Below, piece by piece: positions 1 to 8,995 of a stretch of 64,000 bases of DNA. Source of the DNA: an uncultured candidate division Zixibacteria bacterium (GTDB lineage Bacteria > Zixibacteria > MSB-5A5 > UBA10806); contig CAWDFP010000006.1 in assembly GCA_963801605.1 (NCBI GenBank), positions 1,344,001 through 1,408,000 of the forward strand, written 5' to 3'. The notes beneath the pieces were generated by a model. It saw only the letters and a program-made list of their open reading frames with translations. It did not search any database and was not told where the DNA came from. Position 1 is the first letter of the stretch. The number at the start of each line of letters is the position of its first letter. Both the position numbers and the translations under genes were made by a program.

Positions 1-1
1 G

Positions 2-514
2 GGAGGAATCAAATTAATCCTGTTTGACTGGGGCAACACGGTGATGCGTGATTTCCGTGAATACGATGGTCCCATGCATCTCTGGCCCCAGGTTGATGTT
101 TTGCCGGGGGTAAAAAACGCCTTATCGGCCTTAAGCCGTGACCACACTCTGGCCCTGGCCACCAACGCGGCCGAATCGTGCGAAGAGGAAATTTGGATGG
201 CGCTTCGACGGGTCTCGCTTGACATTCTGATCGACAAGGTTTATTGCCTCCGTAAAGTCGGATTCAGAAAGCCGGCGCGCCAGTTTTTCGAGTATATTTT
301 GAAAGATATGAATTTAACTCCCTGCAATGCTGTTATGGTAGGCGATGATTTCGAATCGGATGTCCTGGGCGCTAACAGAAGCGGTATATTCGCGATCTGG
401 CTTAATCTCGTAACCAGTGAACGCCGGGTTTCCCGTATGTACGATACAATTTACACCATGGCGGATTTACCGGGTCTTATCAATAGACGGGAAAGCGTTC
501 CACAGGGCACCTGA
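2..514 (+). CDS. HAD-superfamily hydrolase (5' end outside window)
   Basis: Frame is open from base 2 (GGIKLILFDWGNTV, HAD motif I). Also LATN (motif II), KP and MVGDDFESDV (motifs III/IV). Confidence 0.85.
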   Translation, partial: GGIKLILFDWGNTVMRDFREYDGPMHLWPQVDVLPGVKNALSALSRDHTLALATNAAESCEEEIWMALRRVSLDILIDKVYCLRKVGFRKPARQFFEYILKDMNLTPCNAVMVGDDFESDVLGANRSGIFAIWLNLVTSERRVSRMYDTIYTMADLPGLINRRESVPQGT

Positions 515-560
515 ATTTTGTGAGAATATGAAGCTCAATGTTTGAATTGGGAGATTTGCC

Positions 561-1106
561 ATGAGCCAGGATGTGCCTATTCACTATGTCAGCACTCATG
601 AAGAAGCCCGGAAGCTGGCTTTTGCTCACGATCATTTTTGGGTTTCGAACTGCGGTTGCCGTGAGGGCAATAAGGCCGGCTGCCAGCGATCCCGAATTGA
701 TATATGCCTGATGTTCCGTAACGATATCGGTTCCAGCGGATCAGGGATTAAGGAGATCCCGTTAACCGAGGTCGTTGCCATATTCGATGAGGCAATTAAT
801 AAAAAGCTTGTCACCCGGCCTTTTCGTAACGATACCGACAAGAGCGTTAGCGACGGTGTCTGTTTTTGCTGCGACGATTGCTGCGGTTATTTCCTGAATA
901 AATCCGAAATTTGCGATAAGGGCAAACTGATCGAATCTACAGAGATGAAACTTTGCAATCAATGCGGTGATTGTGCAGCGATCTGTCATTTTGACGCCAG
1001 GAAGATGGTAAACGATGAACTGATGGTAACATCGACTGACTGCTATGGCTGCGGGCTATGCGTCGAATCCTGTCCGGAGAATGCCATTAGAATGGTGAAG
1101 AGATAG
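561..1106 (+). CDS. Cys-rich Fe-S protein with C-terminal 2x[4Fe-4S] ferredoxin domain
   Basis: CGCR..C and CFCCDDCC motifs, then CNQCGDCAAIC and CYGCGLCVESCP. GGGAG RBS. Confidence 0.85.
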   Translation: MSQDVPIHYVSTHEEARKLAFAHDHFWVSNCGCREGNKAGCQRSRIDICLMFRNDIGSSGSGIKEIPLTEVVAIFDEAINKKLVTRPFRNDTDKSVSDGVCFCCDDCCGYFLNKSEICDKGKLIESTEMKLCNQCGDCAAICHFDARKMVNDELMVTSTDCYGCGLCVESCPENAIRMVKR

Positions 1107-1186
1107 GCGTCCGATTCAATAAAACGTTTTTAAAGTTTGAAATTCTAAATACACTATTTTAAAAGAAATATAATCGGGAGAAGAAT

Positions 1187-1360
1187 ATGGCAAATGGATG
1201 TAGACCTGTGGCGGCCAGCACTGGAATTAGTCTCGGGACAGCCCTGGCAGTTGCTATCTCCTGGTCGGTTAACCATTCAATTCCCTGGGGTATTTTGCAC
1301 GGCTTATTCAACTGGTTTTACGTTATATATTACGCCCTTGGTTACGGCCATTCAGGTTAA
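1187..1360 (+). CDS. 57-aa small membrane protein (missed by the ORF track)
   Basis: Manual translation: MANGCRPVAASTGISLGTALAVAISWSVNHSIPWGILHGLFNWFYVIYYALGYGHSG*. GGGAGAAG RBS and two hydrophobic segments. Confidence 0.75.
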   Translation: MANGCRPVAASTGISLGTALAVAISWSVNHSIPWGILHGLFNWFYVIYYALGYGHSG

Positions 1361-1398
1361 AACCATAATTCCCTGACAATTTAATCGAAAGGCAGGTA

Positions 1399-1608
1399 GT
1401 GATGAATACTAAGATTGTTATATTAATAATATTAGTTCTCTTAGCCTTGATCCTGATGTTCCAGAACAGAACCCCGGTCGCGATACAATTACTATTCTGG
1501 GCCGTAACAATACCCAGGATAATATTAATTGTTATGTTTCTGCTGATCGGTTTTGCCTCCGGATATATAGCCGCTACCATGAACTCAAAGAAATCGTCAA
1601 GCAGCTGA
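1399..1608 (+). CDS. LapA/DUF1049-family small membrane protein
   Basis: Two TM helices around the characteristic FQNxxPVxIxLLFW motif, with a basic C-terminus. Confidence 0.7.
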   Translation: MMNTKIVILIILVLLALILMFQNRTPVAIQLLFWAVTIPRIILIVMFLLIGFASGYIAATMNSKKSSSS

Positions 1609-1751
1609 CCATTCGTTTATAATCCGTGATGCTCGATAAAAATATTAGGCCCAAAATAGATTTGCCGCGCACCCCGCTTGATCATGTCCTCGAAATCACA
1701 GCGTCGCTGGGGATATATATCTACCAAGCTCGAAAAGCGCGATAAGTAATT

Positions 1752-2450
1752 ATGATGCGTATTACAGCTTTGATATTAGCAATTGTCTCAATTACTCTTT
1801 TCTCTGGTTGTGCCAGTCTAATTGGTCTTGCCGTCGGAGCTGGTTCTGATGCGTCAACGCCATCGAAAACTCGAATTGCAAGCGCTCTGCCGCTTAAACC
1901 AGGCGCCAAAATAACTGCGATTATGAATGACAGCTCCAGTAAATCTGGAGAATATTTCGGATTCGCGGGGACGGTTTCAAACGAAGCTTCCGATTCATCC
2001 AACAATCAATTGGGTATATTGCCCGGTTTATATGAGCCTATTGCCATAATCGATACCATGGGATTAAAAGCTGATTCATATTTTGGCGGGTTCTACTATC
2101 AACGCAAAAATGAAAACTGGATCCCCTATATCGCTGTGGGCAGCCTCAATGGAATCTCCAGATTAACCTTTAGCTTAAATTCGATTCTTGAATTGAAAAG
2201 GGGAGACAAAACATTCTCCCGAAATGAGATTCTAACTGCGTTTGCGAACCAAAATATGCGGGCCTCGTCGGCTCTCCTGATTCGGGATTCAAAACGCCTA
2301 TCAGCAATCCCGCTTGCTGATATTGATCATCTTGAGGCGTCGCAAAAAAGGGATGCGGCCATTCGAGGTCTGCTGTATGGAATGGTTATCGACGTTGTTT
2401 TTTGGGTTTCGCTAAGCCTAATCGCTTTGCGCAACTGGCCGCAGGATTGA
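1752..2450 (+). CDS. Hypothetical lipoprotein
   Basis: Lipobox LFSG-C and a C-terminal hydrophobic segment. Confidence 0.65.
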   Translation: MMRITALILAIVSITLFSGCASLIGLAVGAGSDASTPSKTRIASALPLKPGAKITAIMNDSSSKSGEYFGFAGTVSNEASDSSNNQLGILPGLYEPIAIIDTMGLKADSYFGGFYYQRKNENWIPYIAVGSLNGISRLTFSLNSILELKRGDKTFSRNEILTAFANQNMRASSALLIRDSKRLSAIPLADIDHLEASQKRDAAIRGLLYGMVIDVVFWVSLSLIALRNWPQD

Positions 2451-2594
2451 TGATTTTCTCTTACCCCGCTTTACGACTTGTTTCCGAAAGTTAAGCTCAA
2501 GGCCTTAATTAAGTTAGGCACAATCTCTATCGCCCCATAACCTGAACTTTCCCCCAATAACATTTAAATATTCAATTAATATTTAATATTTCTC

Positions 2595-2634
2595 TTGACA
2601 ACTGCACATTAGTTCACTATCTATATTTGCAGTT
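2595..2634 (+). promoter_or_regulatory. Putative promoter with overlapping operator-like inverted repeat
   Basis: TTGACA at 2595-2600. AACTGCACAT (2600-2609) and ATTTGCAGTT (2625-2634) form a 9/10 inverted repeat. The -10 element is ambiguous. Confidence 0.5.
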
Positions 2635-2715
2635 AAACAACAAAAGGACTTTTAAAAACGAAGATTACTATTTAACACTCCGAACAATAAAGAGTTACAA
2701 AGACGGGAGGATTTT

Positions 2716-2910
2716 ATGGTACGCAAAATGGAATATGACCTGTTTGCCGCTCAAAAGAAATGCCATTGCGGCCACGGGCTGGTGTATGATGGTGATCTGT
2801 TGGTATGTACCGGATGCTACAACATTTTCTGCCCCAGTTGTTTCAATACTGCCATTTCCGAGGGTGGCTGTTTCGCTTGTCCAAGCTGCGGTTGGAGCGC
2901 CTGCGCCTGA
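2716..2910 (+). CDS. 64-aa Cys-rich double Zn-ribbon microprotein
   Basis: GGGAGG RBS. CHC, CTGC, CPSC and EGGCFACPSCGWSAC motifs. Ends 9 bp before the helicase start. Confidence 0.75.
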   Translation: MVRKMEYDLFAAQKKCHCGHGLVYDGDLLVCTGCYNIFCPSCFNTAISEGGCFACPSCGWSACA

Positions 2911-2919
2911 AGATAGCGC

Positions 2920-5477
2920 ATGAAAGTTGATGCTCTTTCCCGGTATGGCCTTCCCGGCCAGATCATAAAACGATGGAGTCTCGCCGGTATCCGCTTTCTT
3001 CTGCCGATTCAATCGGAATCGGTCACGAGATTCGGCTTACTCGATAGTAAAAGCCTGATCATATCGGGCCCGGGAACATCGGGGAAAACCTTTTGCGGCG
3101 AACTGGCGGTGCTATCCAGAACCGCGGATCGTCAGAAAGGGGTTTTTCTCGAACCTCTTAAGGCTGTCGCCGAGGAAAAGTATAAAACCTTTGTCGACCG
3201 ATACTCATCGCTTGGTATCGCCGTAAAACTCGCCACCAGAGACCATAGCGTTCATGATCATGATATCTATCGCCATAAATTCGATATCGGGATTTTTATC
3301 TACGAGAAATTTAATTCGCTGACAGCCACCGATATTTCTCTCATAAAGGGCGTTTCCTGCTTTGTGCTCGATGAGTTTCAAATGATTTCAGATCCCAAAC
3401 GAGGCATAGAGTTCGAGCTGGCGGTTATGAAAATAAGAGCATTCAATCCGCAAGCGCAGATAGTGGTCCTTTTGGGAGGAGGGTCTGCTCCTGATAAGAT
3501 CGCCGCCTGGCTAAACATTCCGCTGCTGGAGGAAAACCGTCGGCCGGTAGATCTCCGGCTGGGGATACTGCACCGGGGCACCTTTCATTTCCGCGAATTT
3601 AACGATCTTAGTGAGGGTGATGAGCGCTGGCTAAATCAAATTGATCCCGATGAAAACGATCTTATTTCAAATCAGAATATGGCCGCCATCAAATATCTGG
3701 CGGGGGAGAATGAGCAGATTCTGATTTTCAGTAGTTCGAAAAAAGCGCCGTGGGATTAGCCGAGTATCTGGCCAACCATCTTGCTTTGCCCGAATCAAAA
3801 GCGGCGGTGGCTGCGCTGGCGGAATGTCCTCCGTCGCTGCAAAATGAGGCCCTGGAACGCTGCCTGAGACATGGCGTGGCTTTTCATCATGCCGAGCTTG
3901 ACGAACATCAGCGCTCGCTTATCGAAAATGGTTTCCGACAGGGTGAAATCCGCATACTCTCATCGACATCTACTTTAGCGTCAGGCGTTAATCTTCCCGC
4001 CAAAAATGTCTTTATCGAATCGGTGAAATATGCCGGTATAAGGTCTTCTCATACCCGGGAGCTTGTGGCGCCGTTGACAGGCGTTGATTTTCACCAGGCG
4101 GCCGGCCGTGCGGGACGATTGGGATGCGAGAAGTCGTTCGGACGGGCCATCATGACGGCCAGTACTCCTTATGAACATGAGATTCTGTGGGATAAATATA
4201 TCTATGGGCAATCTGAAGATCCTCTTCCGGGGCTTTCTCTCGATCAGCTTCCCGAATTGCTATTGCATGCTATCTCCTGCGGCGCCGCCGGCAAGCCCGA
4301 TGAAGCTGAGATGGTCTGTCGCCAGACTTACGCATCTTCGCTTGATGCCCTGGATATCGATCTCCGGGGGCGTGTCAACGATGTGCTGCTTTATCTCGAT
4401 AAAGGCGGCCTGATCACCATCAAAAGCTGGGGGAAAATTGAGGCTACGAAATTTGGATTGGCGGCCGGCGCAACCGGATTAAGCGTCAAATCGACAATCG
4501 ATATTTGGGAATGGCTGGTCTCAAAGAATACTCCCTCGCCTTTGGAATGCCTCCTTTTAGCCACAAGGCTTGGTGAATGGAAATCTGAGGTCACCGGTTA
4601 TTATCTTCCGAATGTATCACCGGAAATGTTAATAATGAGGATCGAAGAAATTCTGAGGGCGGACGAGCCAGATATTTACGCCAATCTTCTCAGCGCACTT
4701 CAGGAATATCACGATCTCAAACTTAAACCGTCTTTGGCGGCCTTTTTGTTCGCTCTCGAATGGAGTACCGGCAAATCGACTCGGGAGCTTGAAGCGACTT
4801 TCCAGAAGGGAGCAGGCGGCCTGAAACGCGATTCGTCAACTCTGTGCTGGCTTTTACGGGCCTTTGAAAGGATAGCGCGCTCCATCGGCCCTGCTGTGGT
4901 TGGAGATAACGAGGCGATCTCTGGCTTGGAACTTTTAATGGAACAGCTGCATTTCGGAGTTCCCAAATATATGCTTCCCCTTTCAAAAGCAATCGGATTG
5001 GATCGGGAGTTTATTCGCAGATTGTATGAAAACGGGATAATTTCGCCGGATCATTTGTATCAAACGAGCATCGGAACACTTAATTCGATTCTTCCTCCAT
5101 CAGCGGTTAAACTGATTGAAAAATGGCGGGACAAATTTATAACATCGTATCAACCAAATGTAGTGTCTGTAAAACCAAAAGATGCGAGATTAAAATTCAC
5201 CGGAAATACCAGCAAACTCAAAAACGAAGTCATAATTGATGGCCATTCAGTCTATTTGGAGGAACGGCTGTTCAACTACCTTCAAAAACTTTGGTGGGGA
5301 TTTATAGATAATAAGCCCTGGGTGCATAAAGACATATTCGATGCCGGCCCCAATCAGGCCAAATATATCAGCCGCCTCAGACGAATTTTACGAGAAAATA
5401 ATATTTCTATCGAAATTTTATCAGATGGTCGCGGCAGCTATGCGCTGGAAATGGGAGATGATTCCCACGTCGGCTAA
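2920..5477 (+). CDS. Hel308/Ski2-like SF2 helicase with C-terminal OmpR/PhoB-type winged helix; split by one frameshift at A6 3739-3744
   Basis: Q motif LLPIQ, GTSGKT, DEFQ, RPVDL, GVAFHHAEL, STSTLASGVNLPA, QAAGRAGR. Adding one A gives SSSKKSAVGLAEYL and joins ORFs 2920-3759 and 3750-5477. Confidence 0.85.
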
Positions 5478-8400
5478 TAATTATATGGTCCCCGCAGGCC
5501 GCCGCGCGAGGATTCAAGCTTGATATCGGGCAGAGTTTTGATACTTATACGGGCATAATATCCGGCAACCGCTCCGGTGGGGATCCAGGTAAAGGTAAAT
5601 TGCCAGCAGTGAAGATCGCGTCCGATGTTGAACGATTGAGATTCGATCCGCTTATTGACCATATTATAACGGCAATCGTATTCGATACGCCAGCCGAGAG
5701 TGGGTTGAATCTGAGTCCCCAGATTTATCCATTGAGTTTTTTGAGTGTTGCCGGCGCCTCGGCTCTCCGAATAATTGTGAGATAAAACGAAATCTATTCC
5801 CAGGCTGGTTGGTTCGGATGGCCCGGTTGCCTTAGCCCCGAACGTAGCCTTTTGGGATATATCTTTTTCATCATCGCCCTTTTTCCCTCCACTGCCGGGA
5901 TGATACCCTCCCTTTATGCTCGTAGAAATCGATAACGATGTTAGCCGTGGCTGCAACAGAGGCCGCCGGTGAGCGCTGTTTAGGTCATAGAAAGAGTGAA
6001 CGGAGTTAAAGGAAATATCGAGATTGGGAATTGCCGATGTTCTTAGAGATGTAATCAGCGGGCTGAATTGTAAGCTGTCGACCGCAAAATTATAGCTGCC
6101 GGAAAAGGAAAGGTTGAATAGATCGATTTTCTTTTCCGCTTCGCCCGCTTTGTACTTTGCCTGGAATAAATTCGTAAGGGAATATCCCAGTGATTTCGAT
6201 CTGGTGGAGCCGCTTCCGCCGCCGACATATCGGAAATAGCTCTGGTTTTTCCTGATGGACGGCGTGAACGAATAACTAACCGCTGGTGTCATCACATGTC
6301 TGATGCCGAGCAGCCCGAATCTATTCGGATAGACTGTGCCGTAAATCGAGGTGTTGGCTCCAACGCTGAGACTGTACAGCATTCGTTCCACGAATTTGCC
6401 GGTAGCCAGCCCCAGGCTGTCCGCTAATGGGCTGGCGCTCAGCCGCACCAGTGAATGAGTCCCGCTTATTCCGGGAGTCACAGTCAAAAATCCGATCAGC
6501 TTTAGCGGGCTGGAAAGCGACGACGATGTATTTATCGTTTGGTAATCCTTACGGTAAAACGTGGAATCGGGATTCCTGAACCGTTGCCTGAGATTCTGAC
6601 CGGAGCTTCTGATATCAAAGTATATTGAATGATAGAATCGTTTCTTCGGCTCCTCGATCTGCTCGTCGGGCCTGACTCTTGTTTTCCTTTTTGCTTTGGA
6701 TGGGTCGCCAAAGAGCGGTAAACGGGATCGGGAGATGGAAAATGACGGCAGAAGCTCGGTTTTCTCATCGGTATCGAGATTCCAATCCTGGCGGGCTTCG
6801 ATCACCATCGAGATTGACTGCTTTGGCCAGCTCTTGTTAAAGCTGAAATCGGATGAAACCGTACGGTTCAAGCGCGCCACTGGATCGTAAACATTTTGAT
6901 TAATATAATTTTTGTCGGAAATGAAAGTGCCCGAGCCTCCCAGTGAAGTCGTTTGATTTATTGTCTGGTTATGTGAGAAGCTGAACATCCAGCGATTACG
7001 TTTGTTCTGCACGAAACGGGTGAGATCCCAACTACCTTCGCGCGAATAATTTACCGAAACGGTACCGGCCAGCTTATAGCGAAGCGCATATTGAAGCCTC
7101 CCGTTAATAATGGTGCTGGTATTTTCGGTAAAATCGAGGCTGCCCTGCAGATCGTAATAGTCGGAGGCTGCCCAATAATAGCCGAGATTTCTTATAAAGC
7201 GGTTGCCGCTTTGTAAATTGCCAAGCTCAAATGGAAGAAACCCGGAATGCCGTCCCTTGCGAATTGGGAAAACATAAAAAGGAACTGCAAAGACCGGAAG
7301 ATCACCGATATACAAAAAAACCGGTTTGGCAATTACTTTGTTTTTATTTATCATCTTCATTCTATTGCTATGAAAATGATAATGCGGATCAGGTTCTTTG
7401 TCGCAGGATGTGTAATTGCCCTGAGATACCAGCAGAACATCCTGCGATACCTGTCTCAACGCCTGGCCCGAATAAAATCCACCCTCGTACTTGGTGCGGG
7501 CCATTCGGACCTGCCCTTTTCTGGTATCGATGTTATACGACATTTTTTCGCCGACGAGCTCTTCGGTCCCTTGCTTGAGTACCGGCGCCTGATTTTCGCC
7601 TCCGGTGGTGTCGGTCCCCAGGCCCTCGGCGATTAATATTCTGGTTTTTGTATCGTAGCTTATCATGCCCGATGTCAGGGCCATATCGTGATAATGCATT
7701 GAACCGTTGCGATTGAGATCGATCTGGTTCTTATCGAAACTGTAATCGATCTCGTCAGCGGAATACTTGGTGGTATCGAAATATCCTTTACCATCATTTC
7801 CGAATTTTGGCTCGATAAATTCGCCCTGCGCCCCGCCCGCGATAAACACTCTTTTAATCGCTGAATTTTCGAAAAATAGAGTGATTGAATCTCCCGACGC
7901 CACGTTGGTGCCATGAACCACTGTATCGGTAATGGCCGGGGAGTAACGGCTGGTGGCATTGTAGCGGGTTATCATCTGCTGAATTTTGTCATTGGCGAAA
8001 AACGCCTCAAGTTCTCGGCCCGCTATTTCGGCGGTCGTATATTCCTTTATCGCTGTGTCCGGCAGGGCTTTATAAATCGCCTTGGCATCACCCCGTACCA
8101 TAAGTTTGTTCAGCCTGCGATTATCTGTAAATATGGAAATTGTATCGCCGGAAAGTTGATTCTGTCCGTTTACGATCACCGGTTTCTTAATAAGCACCGC
8201 CCGTTCCGGATTTCGATAAAAGTCGGCCTGGCCGGCATGAGCCACCATATCGCGTTTTACAATTTGAACTGAATCGTAAGCGGTACCGTGCGCGTCAGTA
8301 CCGAAATAGGTCATCTTAAGCGCATCGATCACCATTCGCGATGTATCATCGGATGGATTCAACACCAACTTGGGAAAACCTGAGGCGTCGAGTTGCTTGC

Positions 8401-8830
8401 TGTCTCGGTAGTAATCGGCCCGGTCGCAGAAAAGCTGTACATTTTGGATACTATCAAGCAATACCACTTGATGCAGGGCCGTAATTTTCCTGTCGCGTCG
8501 ATAGTAGGTCATGGTCTGAGCGCTAATGCGCCTGCCTTCTTCTAATACCAGAACCGAATCGACAAATTGGACCAAACCCGAGGCCCGATACCAGGTGGCG
8601 CGCTGGCTGTAGAGATCGGCTTTATCGTGCTTGAAATGAACGTTGCCGACGAGATTAACAATATCCCCGCCACCGCCGGAGCTTTCCAGTTTATCGGCAT
8701 GCACTAAAACCAGCGGCCCGGATTCTTCCTGGGCAATGGATAAACCCGGATAGAATAAAAGCAAAAAAGCGATCGCCGCCAAAAACAGGTATCGCCAATT
8801 CTTAATTTGTAGCGATAGATAAGCTCCCAT
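5474..8830 (-). CDS. lptD: LPS-assembly protein LptD with a long N-terminal OstA/LptA-like extension
   Basis: Signal peptide from M at 8830, repeated beta-taco motifs (VHADKL, LVGNVHF), GNYTSCD..PHYHF, and a C-terminal barrel ending RDLHCWQFTFTW. Confidence 0.8.
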   Translation of the reverse strand: MGAYLSLQIKNWRYLFLAAIAFLLLFYPGLSIAQEESGPLVLVHADKLESSGGGGDIVNLVGNVHFKHDKADLYSQRATWYRASGLVQFVDSVLVLEEGRRISAQTMTYYRRDRKITALHQVVLLDSIQNVQLFCDRADYYRDSKQLDASGFPKLVLNPSDDTSRMVIDALKMTYFGTDAHGTAYDSVQIVKRDMVAHAGQADFYRNPERAVLIKKPVIVNGQNQLSGDTISIFTDNRRLNKLMVRGDAKAIYKALPDTAIKEYTTAEIAGRELEAFFANDKIQQMITRYNATSRYSPAITDTVVHGTNVASGDSITLFFENSAIKRVFIAGGAQGEFIEPKFGNDGKGYFDTTKYSADEIDYSFDKNQIDLNRNGSMHYHDMALTSGMISYDTKTRILIAEGLGTDTTGGENQAPVLKQGTEELVGEKMSYNIDTRKGQVRMARTKYEGGFYSGQALRQVSQDVLLVSQGNYTSCDKEPDPHYHFHSNRMKMINKNKVIAKPVFLYIGDLPVFAVPFYVFPIRKGRHSGFLPFELGNLQSGNRFIRNLGYYWAASDYYDLQGSLDFTENTSTIINGRLQYALRYKLAGTVSVNYSREGSWDLTRFVQNKRNRWMFSFSHNQTINQTTSLGGSGTFISDKNYINQNVYDPVARLNRTVSSDFSFNKSWPKQSISMVIEARQDWNLDTDEKTELLPSFSISRSRLPLFGDPSKAKRKTRVRPDEQIEEPKKRFYHSIYFDIRSSGQNLRQRFRNPDSTFYRKDYQTINTSSSLSSPLKLIGFLTVTPGISGTHSLVRLSASPLADSLGLATGKFVERMLYSLSVGANTSIYGTVYPNRFGLLGIRHVMTPAVSYSFTPSIRKNQSYFRYVGGGSGSTRSKSLGYSLTNLFQAKYKAGEAEKKIDLFNLSFSGSYNFAVDSLQFSPLITSLRTSAIPNLDISFNSVHSFYDLNSAHRRPLLQPRLTSLSISTSIKGGYHPGSGGKKGDDEKDISQKATFGAKATGPSEPTSLGIDFVLSHNYSESRGAGNTQKTQWINLGTQIQPTLGWRIEYDCRYNMVNKRIESQSFNIGRDLHCWQFTFTWIPTGAVAGYYARISIKTLPDIKLESSRGGLRGPYNY

Positions 8831-8995
8831 CCAGTTAACATATACGGAACAACCGCGATTTTGGCAACGGAAAATCATTGACCTTTTTGATGGCAACGTG
8901 GATTGCCGTTTCCTTATCAGCCGTATTGATCAAATGAAAACCGGGATTTCTTTGGAAATCCCGGCGAATATTAAATCTATTTGCCGCAACAGACC

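Noticed and set aside
2614..2629. NrdR box before the NrdJ-tail-like microprotein
   Set aside because: TCACTATCTATATTTG lacks the conserved G of the right half and has no tandem second box.
2908..2910. Selenocysteine readthrough at TGA stops of Cys-rich ORFs
   Set aside because: The stop follows a complete motif, an in-frame TAG follows two codons later, and no SECIS-like hairpin was seen.
3736..3747. Programmed -1 frameshift in the helicase
   Set aside because: Zero-frame codons are TCG AAA AAA GCG, not A AAA AAG. Five similar indels elsewhere point to assembly error.
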